A stretch of DNA of 64,000 bases from Paramecium tetraurelia (Eukaryota), in assembly GCA_000165425.1 (NCBI GenBank), contig CT867990.1:1-64000 (forward strand), given 5' to 3'. The notes beneath the pieces are model-generated. The model saw only the letters and a program-made list of their open reading frames with translations, did not search any database and was not told the origin of the DNA. The position numbers and the translations under genes are program-made. How positions within the stretch are numbered: the first letter of the stretch is position 1; the number at the start of each line of letters is the position of its first letter. This document shows, piece by piece, positions 1-13,200 of the stretch.

Positions 1-77
1 TGAGCGATTCTTTCGGCAGCTGAAATCGTATTAATAGATCTATCATAGCCTAACTTCCAATATGAAAAATGTTTCAT
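1..77 (-). CDS. 5' end of a hypothetical gene running off the window (MKHFSYWKLGYDRSINTISAAERIA...)
   Basis: ATG at 77-75 preceded by AT-rich leader; frame open to the window edge. Confidence 0.4.
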   Translation of the reverse strand, partial: MKHFSYWKLGYDRSINTISAAERIA

Positions 78-859
78 CTTTATTAATTTAAATATCTTAA
101 CAAAAATTTTTGGATTTCTTTTAGCAATTAAAGTTTGGCACCTTTTTATATATAATATGATCATGTATGAGCACAGAGGATCAGAATCATAAATAGTTCA
201 ATTGGTTCAATGCAATTGATTTATCGCTTCAATTAAGACAAAATCATGTATTCCCGAATATGAAAAATTTATCAAACCTTCAAAGGGAATATCAGAATTC
301 TTGGCCACTATTTTAAAGACATTTTGCTAGATGATTAACAAGGCCAGATAATCCAAGATTCATAAAAATTACCTCAGTTTATCACATTCATTGGGGATAA
401 TCAGTGAAGCATTCATTTTCAAAGTTAAATAAACTCTATATGAGATTATAATGATGATGCTTGAAATATATCAAGAGATAAAAAATTAATCTACAGGTAA
501 AATTAAATAAGTCATATTTTCAGGAAACCATCTTTCTAAATTCATCAACATATTTTATAATATAAATGGTGAAATTTTTCAGTATTACATAATATATTTA
601 TTTAGAAGCTTAGTTTTAGTCTTTTTTTCTTTTTTGAATATTTTATTATCTATTTTATAATTTATAAATAATTGCTTGAATATTTCATTTGAAATTTGGT
701 AATTTATTAAATTTAATTTTAAGTCGACGAATAGTTTAATTATTTGACATAGGTTATTATAAGAAGCACAAACATCAATACTAATTGCTTATTTCGATTG
801 AAAATACTTTATCTTTGACTTTACAAAAAATTTTGTTATTATTAAATAAAAAGAAACAG

Positions 860-1650
860 AGAAATGCTAAGAACGAATATTGTGAATTTGATCTAAATTT
901 GAAATTAAAAAAATGGATTACGTTTGCTTATCAAGAAAATTCTAATGATCAGCATAGAATAGAATGTGCTATAAAAATTCAACAGGATGGGTACATTAAA
1001 CTCTGACTCAATGTATCATAGGCAAGCTTGTTATACATTGCTAATCCCAGATATGAACCTTGAGTCATATAATAATGAGGAAGACAAACAGCAAATATAA
1101 TTAATACAACAGAATGGAACAAATATATAAATAATGTAAGGGGAATTAGGAATCTTGAAGGTATAGAGAAGGATATTAGGAGAAAGGCATATGACAAAGG
1201 TTTTGCATAACAGAAGAAAACAAGAGGAAAAAAGAAATATTAAGAATTTAAGAAGAACTTAATAATAATCATGGGATATGTGGAAGGTCCAGGTGATGAC
1301 ATCAATGCAATTGAGGATCAAATGAAAGGCTTGATTTAACTTCATGGATATAGCTTAAGACATTTAACCATTCTATTACAACAAAAGAACCCCTTTTTTC
1401 ATCATTATGAGAGTATTAGATGACAAAAATGCAAAGAGATAGTCAAAAATATAGAAGAGTATGAAACTGAGAAAAAATTGTTCATTAGAAAATTTAATTA
1501 GATTATTTATCACAGATTAATGCCAGGCTAGCACTAGACGATGTCATGTATTGACTCCTGTACTCACTAGCCTTCAATTAAGAAAAATTATTTCTATACT
1601 CCTATCGAGTATGGTTCTAGGGAGTCGATAACGATACAAATTCAACATAA
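860..1650 (+). pseudogene. eroded coding remnant of unknown family
   Basis: Protein-like stretches (…EWNKYINNVRGIRNLEGIEKDIRRKAYDKGF…GYVEGPGDDINAIEDQMKGL…) broken by TGA stops and frameshifts. Confidence 0.3.
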
Positions 1651-3339
1651 AATTTAATATAATTAACATTTTAATTAATATTTTTTGAAAGTCCTTGATT
1701 ATCAAATTCAAGGGATAGCTTTAGATAATCACAAAATTATGAGAATTTGCCAGCAATCCTAAATAATTTTTTCATCATACAAGAAATCAATTCTGGCAAT
1801 GCGGATTAGAATTTTCAAGAATAATGAAGTCTTATTATCAAGAGAGGTATTGTTAATAGTTAGGCACTCATTTATCATTATGAATACTGTTTGGAAGTAA
1901 AAATGTAAATGGTTCAATAAATTGATTAGCTAAATCTTAAGCAGATCTCGAATAATGAGGGTAGGTAAGAAATTGAAAAGCTAGTCAATATAATATAAAA
2001 GTAAATCGAAATTAATTGGTTCGTCAATCTCCATCAAAGAAATCAGTGCTTCAAGGAATTAAAATAAACCTGATTCAAAATGTCTTTAGAGGCATAGAGT
2101 GCGAAACTTTTGATTCTTAGATTTACAAATTGACCGAAAAAAATAATAGATAAAAGCTTAAAAAATTAAAACGACTAGTGAGATATAAATCTTCTTCACT
2201 ATATCTAAAATAAGGGCATTGATGTTCTTTTAGGGGGTATCGGACCCTGAAGGTTGAAAAATATACTTTACTTATTAATTTAGTATTTCCTTTACAACTT
2301 AATCATAGAATAGTTATGGGTTATTTTTTTAAGCCCTTTCTCTGTTTAAACTTGTGAGGGATACATGGAAAAGTTAAGATTTTCTCGGTTGTGGTTAATG
2401 AAAGGCCTCTCCTTCAATATTGGAAGAAAGTTGATATAATCTGTTATTCGAGATTTCTATATGCAGGACGTTATGTGATGCATCTGTAGAGGAAGAAAAT
2501 ACCCTCGGTTAGATATATTAAAGTTCTTTGGATACAAATAGAGCTGGCCACTTTTAATTTATTAAGGATATCACTTAATTGGATGGATTCTTGAGTGTTT
2601 ATGATAAACCAACTAAAGGGATGAGATAAACCAGTTTAAGAAAATCTTAAGAACAACTTTTTCTTTGATAGCAGAAAAAATATCAATAAATGATACAGAG
2701 AGATGGATTAAGTGATGGACACATTTATCATCATATTTATTAGTGAAAAATTGAAAACCATTAATTCCACATAAATAACTCTCATCCCTTCGAAACTTAA
2801 GTAATTGTTTGGTTTTAAGTTAGTTGATCCTAAGTTCAATATAGTATATAACTCAAGCAATTAGATTAAAATAGCAACCTCACTTTATTCTAAAATGAAT
2901 TTTTGGATCCATTTATCTAAAGTTGATTAACTCCTTTTTAAGTATAAATTGTGTTCTGTAAATTATTGCAGGCCAATTTGACAAAACTCTTTGATTCTCA
3001 GCGTATACTTCGATTATTATAATTAAAGTCATTAGTCCCCTCCAAGCCACATCCTATTAAAATCTTTAAATAAAGAGAAACAGATATTATTATTAAAATA
3101 CTATATCCAAACTATGGTTGGAGCATTTTTTTTGATCTAACCTTTTTAAATAATGGTCATATAGATTTTATTTCATCTTTATTATATCAACCTTTCCTGC
3201 AATCAAAATGGATATCAACCTGCTATAGAGAGATAATACTCTATAATGAGATCCCCCTTTAAGCATTATTTTGCTTTTTTTTTTTCATCTAAAACATCTT
3301 TTCAAAATTAATTTTTAGAAGAAGATTGTAATTGAATTC

Positions 3340-3420
3340 TTCCGCCTCATTGCACAATTGAAAATTACATTTAAAACAACCATCACACATGAAGTTATCA
3401 TTTAAATGAGGTAACAGTAT
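3340..3420 (-). pseudogene. fragment of Cys-rich repeat surface-protein family (DGCFxCxFQ-type repeat)
   Basis: Minus-strand translation DNFMCDGCFKCNFQLCNE resembles the Cys-rich repeat common in ciliate surface proteins; no intact ORF around it. Confidence 0.3.
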
Positions 3421-4949
3421 CAATCAATCTAATAGAGATTTCATTAAGAAGATTGCCCAACATGATTACTAGAGACATAATGGTTGTCCTTCAGATTTAT
3501 CTTGAATATTGATTACCCAAGGTACTAAATTTTTAGAGCACAGTATTTAAGTTCTTTTTCATCTTACTCCATGTTGTTTATAAAGCATCTAGAGTTCTCG
3601 CAAATTAAATTATTGATTTGAGATACTATACACAAATTATATCTTAATAGACATGCAAAACATCAGGAAGTTTATTTATATATTTAAATAGGATCCCAGT
3701 TTTCCAGAATTAAAAATAAATCTACATTAGGGAGGGGCTAGCCTTTATAAATTCTATTTGAGAGGCAAACAAAAAAATTATTTATTATATTTCTTCAAAT
3801 CTATGCTCCTTCGAGACTCTTTTTTTTGGAGTGAAGAACTTAATCTAGTTATAAACTAATTTTTAAGTTAGTAATATGAACCAAGTATGTTTTTATTAGG
3901 ATAGTAAAAAAAAATTTTTTTAGTCAAAGCACTATTTTACAGATTTTCCTCATTATTAAAAATTTTGAGTAGGATAATTTAGCGTCTATTTAATTTTACA
4001 AATTAAGATAATTCATTACTCCATAAATTTAAGGTTTAATGACAGAATTTAAATAAGAAATACAATCAATTTTATTATCAAAGCATATCATTATCTCTAA
4101 TAATAGGTTATGCGACTCAATAATTTCTTAAATGATATATTATTGTCATCATAATCTAAAGTTATTTCCAGCTTTTTTTTTGAAATTGATATTAGTGAAA
4201 TACTTTTGATCATGATCTTTTAATGAATGATAAAAGAAAGGATATTTTGAGCGTAGCTATCAAACAATCCTGATAGATTAAACAGAAATAAAAGAATTTT
4301 CTAAAAGTAAACTATATATCATATGGACAAAAATAAAATACTTAAATTGACGTTATTTAATTGAGTAGAAAATAAATAGAATGAGGGTTATAACCATTTT
4401 GATTTAGCCATCTATCAAGAAGAATCTTCAGTATTTATTCTGTTGCCAGTGGTAAATCAACCATTTGCATTTGAATTAAGCTTAATCGTTAGGGAACTTT
4501 TGTCTTATTATAAAGAATCACTCCAATAGCCATCCTAAAAAGGTTTATCCAACAAATTATGTATTTAATTCTTTGAGTTATATTATCCGTTCGTCTAAAT
4601 GGGCTTGATTTATAACTTTGAATGGATAGTAGAAACTAATAGATTGTTTTTGCTGCACTTAACTATAATTAAAAACTAAGCGAGTTTGCTCTTTAAATTA
4701 ATCATAGAATTGGCTTCCCACTAATATATTTTTAATCATAACCATCTTTGGACAAATTTATAGACTTTTCATTTTTAAATTAAGTCATTCTACTAAGTTA
4801 TTCTCTTGTTATGACAGTTCAACAAAAGAGTTTAAATGGTAAACTCATTTAGCTGTTAATTTAACTTAAGGAAACAAAAAATATAATTCTTCTTAATGTA
4901 TGTGTGTAATCTATATTCTGTAGTTCTAGCTTAATCGGAGTTAATCGAA

Positions 4950-7270
4950 TTATTCCATTATCTTAACTATTCCACAGTTGAAGAATGTGAAATTTCAAGT
5001 GTGGTGAAAGTTCTTTAACATTCTAGTATCCATTACCCCCACTTATGGAGCAAGATCATCATTACTACCTACTTCTTTATAAAACCATACTCAAGCGAAT
5101 ATTTTTAACTTTCACTGAGTAGCTTATTATGTATTATGAGGGTTCATATTCTAATTAATTGGCCGAATCTATCTCCTTTATCATCATTTATATTAAATGG
5201 TAATATTTTGATTTCACCCAATGCATTCAGACACCTATTATTCTGCCATCAAATTATATTTGACCAGGCAGCCAGAGTATTATAAAACTAGTAACTAATT
5301 AATTTGGACTAGTTATCGGAATAAAGTGAGTTTTCTTAATTGAAACTATCCATATTAATTTAATTCTTATTAGCTCCCAGGCGATCCTTAAGAGAGGACA
5401 TATAATCAAATAAAGCTTTAAGAATGAGCTCTAAATCAAAGTAATTTTATCAAAGCAAAAAATATTTATAAAGATTTCAATCACCCTAACAACAAGGTTA
5501 GCATCGTTTTAACTCCATTAGAGAGTTAGCTATGGCTGCCTATATTGTTGATGGTTACTCCTGAAAAAATTTAACTTATTCTATTCCATTCATGTCCCAT
5601 TTCATCTACTCAACATTAGTATGCTTTATGTATTAGGATTAGGAACTTTTACCTAAAATTGAAATCTTAAGCGATATTCAATAAAGATTTTGGTGATTCT
5701 ATAAGTGACATTTCCATAAGAAGAGATTAACAAATGACAGCATAGGAAACAATTTTAGTACATTTCTTACCCTCATCCGAATATAAACACTTTCCATTAG
5801 TAAATTAAAATGGATCGAGTAAAATTTGAGCTAAAAGATGTCCTTAATGGACTCTATTTTTTTTAAAATAACTATTTCATCATTTTTACCCTTCCAATAT
5901 GTATATCTAATCAGATATCCATTCCAGAGCTATTAACTCATTTGGCAAAAGGAGACCTAAATAGCTTATCTTCCCTTAAGCATTAGAAGATTCCATCCCC
6001 TTTAACAATTTATATGCATTGCATAAGTCAAGGAAAACATACAATCAATTGCCTTTTTCTTTTATTCCCTCATTAATCTAAATATTAGGCTTAGCATACA
6101 AGGCGAGATATAAATCTTGTCCATCCAGATGATATTAAACCAGAACAAAGTATTTAAATCAATTAATATAATTTGCTTCTACAACCTTGATAAAGAGGAT
6201 CTGGACCATAATTGCAAGGAGCATTTTCTTAAAGGTTAATTTTGGTACATTTTGTTTAATCGTACCAGTCTCAAGGATAATAGCTAATTAAACTGTTGAA
6301 TTTCATTAACTTGAATGTGATATTCTTGTTTTACAAATAGATTTCAATAAACATTGTTGGTGAAATTAAAGAGAGATATTATAAGTCTATATGTATAATG
6401 AAAAGTTGTTTTAATTCAAAACAAATCCCCTTTTGAAGTTGAGAAATTTCATGATAAAATTTCATATTTCTTTAGTTTAGTGTGTTGTAAAGCTTTTTAG
6501 AAAAAGCGCAATCAACTTGCATTTAGTGGCTTCGAAAGGATGCTCATTCTTTTAACAATCTCACAACCTATTAATTTAGAACCATTTAATTACTTACTTT
6601 CATATACTCATACACAATCCCATATTAGGCTTTTATAATTTAAATCATAGTTATTTCGCATGAATTAGAGGAATCAGAAAAAGTTCCATATACCTTTCAA
6701 TAACAACCTTGAGAACGATGATCAGATATATAATTGAAACCTAAATCTTCACCTGGCTGACCCTCATCCTTTTTGCGTGATGACATAATCTAGTCTCCTT
6801 TCTTTCAACCTTCCTTTCATATCCTAGTGAAATCTCAAAGAAATCACATCATAAACATCATCCCTAGCTTGAAGAGCATAGTTAAAATCACCTCATATAG
6901 CATTTGGGCGTATTTAAACGACTAAAACATCAATATACATTCCTTTTCGTTCCTTTGACAGTGTGGAAGCTCACAACTCCTAATTATTTATAAATTAAAA
7001 TATTGTATTAAATTTAATTTGAGTGTTCAGCTATCTAATAGCAGGAATTTTATAATGTACCAATGACATAATTGGCTACCCTTCTCTTTATAAATCGTTT
7101 GGTATTATAATAGTTCAAATTCTTATTCATCATTGGATTTAGCATTCCAAACAAGGTTAACCTCTGAAAGATGAACAATTAATTTTGTTTTTAAATATTT
7201 TATACTCGCTAAGTTATATCCTTAAAATACCAACTGATGATTCTAACCTGCCTAACCTTAGATATCCTTA
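4950..7270 (-). mobile_element. decayed non-LTR retrotransposon (LINE) ORF2: APE endonuclease + reverse transcriptase + possible C-terminal CCHC remnant
   Basis: Ordered motifs on the minus strand. APE: RIISW 7244-7230, LFIFQR 7178-7161, RRVANYV (~GGVAIYV) 7085-7065, GDFN 6892-6881, RLDY 6796-6785, SDH 6726-6718. RT: LLAIM..FIKVVE ~6220-6178, LYVFLDLCNAY 6044-6012, RVHQGHLLAQILL 5855-5817, IVSYA+broken DD ~5753-5731, SGVTIN (~LGVTI) ~5565-5548. CSISG…HI..C ~5052-4972. Multiple TGA stops and frameshifts. Confidence 0.85.
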
Positions 7271-7279
7271 ATGAATCAG

Positions 7280-8300
7280 CTAAATGTGCAGAAACTTCAT
7301 CTCTTTAAGGCCCATACTCTTTAATTCTCATTCTACTAATTGGCCCCAGGTCCTAAAGAATGCCTACAGCTCCTTCCTTACTTGTCGATGGAGACAGACT
7401 TAGTTCAAATCCTATTCAAGGCTTATGATGGGAAAGAGGAGAATGCACAGTTAGTATTAGAGATTCCTAAATTCTATGTCTTAAACTTAAATGAATTATG
7501 GGGTTTTCATATATTTTTTCTTTGTTACTTTTTAATCTAGGTAATTAAAGACATTCCCAAACATGAAATCATTTTTATTACGAAATTTGTATATCGTTCA
7601 AATTGAATTATCCTTTCATTTACCACGGTCGTTACCAAAATTTTATATTTGAAATCCATCATTTATTTCCATTTCAATTTTGCTATGTGATACTAACTAT
7701 TTCTGATCATTTATAAGTTTACTTTCATATTTAAGCAAACAAGAAGAAGTTCATCTAATTCTTTTATTTCGTTAGTTCAGCATTTTAAATCATCATTAAT
7801 TTTCTGTTTGAATTTATAAGATATTATTCTCTCATCTTTAAGAAATTAGGTTCCAATTAAAATACTCCTTCAATATTTTCTCATAGATGCACCTAAAATG
7901 GTTCAATCATATTAAGTATTGCTTTTTCGGACTTTGGTTTCCTTAATATATTTTTCTTCAACTCTAAATCTTTTATCTAATTAACTTATTTCTTCTTAAT
8001 TTCTTTTCGTTTAGCATTGCATCATTTGAATCTGCTTCCACTTAATAATTGAGTTTTCAAAATTTATATAATTTTATTTCAAAATATTGAATGAGAACAA
8101 TTATCTAATTTGGCTTTTTAGCACCCAATTTTAAATCATCTATAAGTTCTAAACTGCATAATATTCTAAATAATTTTTGAAATTTTAATAGTTGAAATCA
8201 AACTATTAATCTTTTTATCATCATCAGAATGAGTATGATGGATTCCCTTTTAAAACAGTCAAAATAATTTAATCGAAATCCGATACAATACTCATGATAA
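7280..8300 (-). mobile_element. possible eroded ORF1 / 5' part of the same LINE
   Basis: Lies immediately upstream of the APE domain on the same strand and is Lys/Glu-rich and coding-like, but has no diagnostic motif; assigned by position only. Confidence 0.25.
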
Positions 8301-8381
8301 CAAATAAAATCAATCTCTTCCTTATGGTTATCTTTTTAACATTTTAACTTCAAACTTCCTTATTAAATCATTTTTTATATT

Positions 8382-8382
<1 letters not shown>

Positions 8383-8421
<39 letters not shown>
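8383..8421. repeat. (TAA)13 microsatellite
   Basis: 13 perfect TAA units read directly. Confidence 0.95.
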
Positions 8422-8422
<1 letters not shown>

Positions 8423-8859
8423 CTTTTTGGTTTCTTTTTTCCATAATTTCCTGACCTTTTCATCGAACTAGCAAAATGTAAATCTTCTAAAAAGAAACTC
8501 TTCTAAGCTTTCTCTATTACTAATTTATTTTAAATTGGCTCATCAATTTACCCTTTTACATAAAATTCCTAATAAACATTCAGACACCAAAGATCCTCCT
8601 AGTTTACTTAATGAGGCGATATTGAACAAGGAAAGCCCAATAAGGGACTGAATTTTGTTAGCTCAAATGTATATTGTTTTTGAAATTCAGATTTAAAAAA
8701 AAATTTAATTTGTAATATAATTCTGTTTTTTTTCAATTTCTATTTCTTAATATATTAATTTTCATTTACAATGATAATTATTTTGAGGGTTGATTATTTA
8801 AGCAGCTTAATAAATTATCTTTTATCTTTTATTTTTTTCAATTAAAGCTAATAAAGGGG

Positions 8860-10400
8860 AATAGCAACAAATAGTCATAGATATAATACAAAGAAAATTA
8901 GGAGAAGAATCTTGGTAAAATATATTTAATGTTTAATTTAGCAAAACATGAAATGAAGTTAAATTAGTATACAGGTTTATAAATCCTATCATAAGAAGGA
9001 TAATTCTAGTTACTATAAACTCAATTAATATTTGCTTTACAATATCTTTGCAGATTATACCAATAGTAGAACAATTGTGTTAACAAAGCTTTAGATAACT
9101 AATAAATGAAAATAAAACTCTCCTTTCTGCTTCAAAGATTTCAAACTCAAATTATACTAATTTCACCTTACAATTGTTTTGAGATTAAATAAAATCATAC
9201 TATCTCTTTACTATTTATATAAAAAGATATTTCAAATATATAATTCAAAAACACTAATAACAAGAAGACAACTAGAAATATTCAGCTCGGCTCAAAGCTA
9301 GAGAATTTAACATTTTTTTATATTTATTGTTTAGATATGATTCTATTATTTAAATAATCAATACTTCTATTTATATTTATAAAGACTCAATTTATACTCA
9401 TTTTTAGTATTAATTTCTTGTGGATACTCAATGAGGAGAAACAAAAATAATAGACAGTAACAATTTAAATTATTGATAATCACGAGAGAAGATGCTTACT
9501 TAAATTATAATAATTAATTTTTATTGAAAAAATTAAATGGAAGGACTGAAATTATTTGTTCAATTAGATGCTTAAATAAGAGGAGAAAAATTAATGAGAA
9601 AAGAAATACAATTAAATAAATTAAAGTGGAGGCTTATTCAACTGAATGGACTAAAAGATTATTTACGAATAATATATAAAAATGATCAATACCACATAAT
9701 AGTTCTATAATAATTATTCAATTATTTTTAAAAACTGCTCTGATGATGGTAATAAAACAATATATTTTAATTAAATGTATAAACCATAAATGATAGAAAA
9801 AGCGCAAGACTTTAGTTGTTCCATTAAACACAAACTACCAATAAGTATGGTGATAGGACTTAAAAAACTCATCCAAACGATAGAAGAAAAACTAAGAAGA
9901 AATAATTAGAACACTTAGAAAATATGATTTCACCAATGATAACAAAAATTTAGTCACTTTTAGGTCAGCTAAATACTTTGAAGTTTTTCCTTGTTTTACA
10001 ATTCGACAATGGATTGGATATCAAATTTATAATCATTAGGTTTAAAGTAATAAAAATATAGTCTCTATAAGGAATTAGAAGTAATGATCAAGTATTAAAA
10101 ATCAAATGAAAATGATTAGATTGATGAAACAAATTAGATTAAATTACTAAATGATTCTTTTTCCACTAAAATTGATAATAAGTTAGATTCATTCAAATAA
10201 TATTAGGAATATTAAAAATGTCAACAAATATTACAAGAATTGTCATCTTAATTCTATTAATAATCAATATATGTTCAAATATAATTGTTAAATTTAGAGA
10301 TCCTAAATTTCAAGGAAGTGGAGTTAAAGTGTATTAAACTTCTTAATCTTGGTTGAATAGCTTTGAAGTAAAATATTAATTGCATATTAGTTTCCAAAAT
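8860..10400 (+). pseudogene. heavily eroded remnant of a large helical protein gene
   Basis: Purine-rich coding-like composition with short peptide islands (e.g. KFQGSGVK ~10306-10330); no continuous frame. Confidence 0.25.
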
Positions 10401-10918
10401 ATCGATAGCCAGCATGAATTGATTTATTTTTATACATTAATATAAGTTCCTCTTTATTAAAACATAAATAATAAATGATATTTTTCAATATAAGGGTACA
10501 GGTTGTGTAGAATTTTTCAAAATATATTAGGAACCCAAGTCTTATAATTAAAATTCATTTTATTGCCTCAAACATTGTTAGCTCGAATAATATAGAGAGA
10601 TAAAAATGAAAATAAAGATTAATAACCACCCATAATTTCATGTTGTTGTGTTTAAAATACAATACATTTTAATCTCAAAGCATATATTTACGTGATTTCA
10701 TGAATTGTATAAAAATATTAAGAAAAAAATTAGTTTAGGTAATTTAATTGATGAAACATTATTTGGTATTTATCAATATATTACTTTGATAATTCTGATG
10801 AAGTTGACACATTTCTTAAATCATACAAAAATATAATGTTTTTATGATTATTTATTTATGGATATTTTGGATTTTATTGTAAATGTTTTAAAATGATTTT
10901 TTATTTGATGAGATAGTA

Positions 10919-11068
10919 NNNNNNNNNNNNNNNNNNNNNNNNNNNNNNNNNNNNNNNNNNNNNNNNNNNNNNNNNNNNNNNNNNNNNNNNNNNNNNNNNN
11001 NNNNNNNNNNNNNNNNNNNNNNNNNNNNNNNNNNNNNNNNNNNNNNNNNNNNNNNNNNNNNNNNNNNN
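10919..11068. other. assembly gap (150 N)
   Basis: run of N. Confidence 1.
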
Positions 11069-11137
11069 ATAAAAATCTCAATTACTTTATAATTAAGCAT
11101 TTCTACATAATTCTTTATTTATCATTTCCCTATTTTA

Positions 11138-12092
11138 TCAGTACTCTTATATATATGATAACCTTTTAAAATTGATACTTAATATAATAATAAATATAAT
11201 TTTACATAGCCCTAGTACTACCTTAATAACTTGATTTGTTAAGGATACATTCAAAAACTGACACGGATTCCATCTTTGATCAACATCATATCCTCGTTTT
11301 GCGATTAATGGAGTAGCTGAGGCTATATCATTAAATTATTCTTATAGGAATAAAATAGTTTAGGTCACTTCAGCATTATAATATGACCTACTGATAAATG
11401 GGTGATTTTCATTCATATCAAGAGTAAAAGATAATTCAGGAGATGTCCATAAAGATTGATCAGTTCCCAAAAGAATATTGAATTTTATATAGTTTAGTTG
11501 GGCTAGGGTATATGTATTTGCAGAGACTATAACTGTTTTTGAGTTTAGTTATTCAATCTACCATTTTTATATACATCAGTTTTACTTTTAATTCCACTAT
11601 AAAGTTATAATATGTATGTCTGATACCTATCAAGGCAATAATGCTCTTAGTTGCATCTTGTAATAGATGTTCAATTATGAATTAGACGCTCCTGCTTCCT
11701 GATCCTGATGTTAAAGCTTAGAAATCAGTTGATTCAAATGTTACTACCTTAAGCCTTGGATCATCAAATGCAACCCAATCTACGGATATTCCGTAAAGAG
11801 GATATGTTGATACTGCATATGCTCTCAATTTGAATCCTTTTAATAGTGATACAATACCTGTTGTTGTTATAATGCTAACTTTCTCCATAAATCCATTAGG
11901 AAGAAGGTATTCCCAATCTGAACGCTGTGAAGTTATAAAAACTTAAGCTTAAACTTCAATAAATCTTGGAAGAGCTGTTGAGGTTTGTAATATATGCTGA
12001 GATTGAGAGAAGTTCATTATTTCAACATTACCTTTTTCAAACTTCGCATCTCTTAAACTATAAACTCGAGACAATAATATTAAAAAAATCAT
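11138..12092 (-). CDS. secreted H-type lectin domain protein (3' end approximate)
   Basis: Signal-peptide-like MIFLILLSRVYS; …ITTTGFKLRAYAVSTYPLYGISVDWVAFDD matches the H-type lectin pattern; 21-nt GT..AG intron. Confidence 0.6.
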
Positions 12093-12399
12093 TTTCTATA
12101 TTAACTTTGAAAATTCTGAATTTTTCAATTTTTTTTAAATATGAAAATCATATTATATTATATTAATTCTTAATAATAATTATTTTTCATAAAGAAGAAC
12201 TTTCTAAATATTCAAACAAGAAATTATCATTCACATATTGCAACGTTGCTAATAAAATTACCAACTAATTACAAACATTGTCGTACTTTTGGAAAGCCTA
12301 TAATTTTGTTCGATTAAAATATCTCTTGATCTTACAAATTAACTATTTACTTTACAACTTGACAGAATTTTCGTGATCATGTAAAGCCATTTGTTCATC

Positions 12400-13200
12400 G
12401 GTTTATTTTGTCCTTAATGTCCTCTCACCTATATATGCCTTTTCAAATCTGTTGATTGAATATGAGCACTCTTTATAAAGTTTTATCTTGTGGTAACTAT
12501 TATAAATACATAAAATATTTAAAAATTAGTTAATTATTTTAACTGTTTATTTTGACTAAAGCACATAGATCTGCCCTTTTTTAGTTAAAAAATTGAACTT
12601 GCTCTCACAGTTTCAGCAAAAACTACTATATAATTTTTTATATCATTATTTATTAAGTAATATTACTAAAATTGTCTTCTAATTTTTATGTTTCTATGAT
12701 ATTTAATCAAAGTTGCCATCTTAGAAGACATACTAGTCGCGCCTCAAAATTTCATTAAACTTTCTTTATAGTATTGCGATTCAAACTTAGAGCAGAATTT
12801 TATTAGGATATATATTAATATTCTAATCCATTTTTGGTCAGTAGTATTTTAAAACAATAATTGTAAGAAATCCTACAATAAACCAAGTTTATTTACAGAT
12901 GAAACTTCAACTTTCTTAAGAGAGCATCCGAATTATTTATCAGGTTTTTATTGCTAATATAATCGTTTAATAAGAATGGGGAATAGTCACACAAATCCAA
13001 TTATAATTCTAAAAACTTTATATGTTAAATCTACACTATATAGAAGATCTTGTCCAATCAAAAGTTGTGAAAATGGTGTCAGTTCTGCAATTGCTTCTCA
13101 TTGTTCAAATCATCTCTACCAATGCACTAAGGCATGCGAGCATTATGTCTTTATAAATTATCAACTGTAGTGTTGAATAACTCAAATAGCTTAATAATCT
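12400..13200 (+). pseudogene. eroded Cys-rich surface-antigen-like remnant
   Basis: KSCENGVSSAIASHCSNHLYQCT (13061-13128) resembles Paramecium surface-antigen repeats; surrounding frames broken. Confidence 0.3.

Noticed and set aside
5700..6250. RT as telomerase, group II intron or retron
   Set aside because: The upstream APE domain and overall layout indicate a non-LTR retrotransposon; no TERT T-motif or structured RNA seen
10848..11100. ORFs spanning the N run
   Set aside because: Artefacts of the assembly gap
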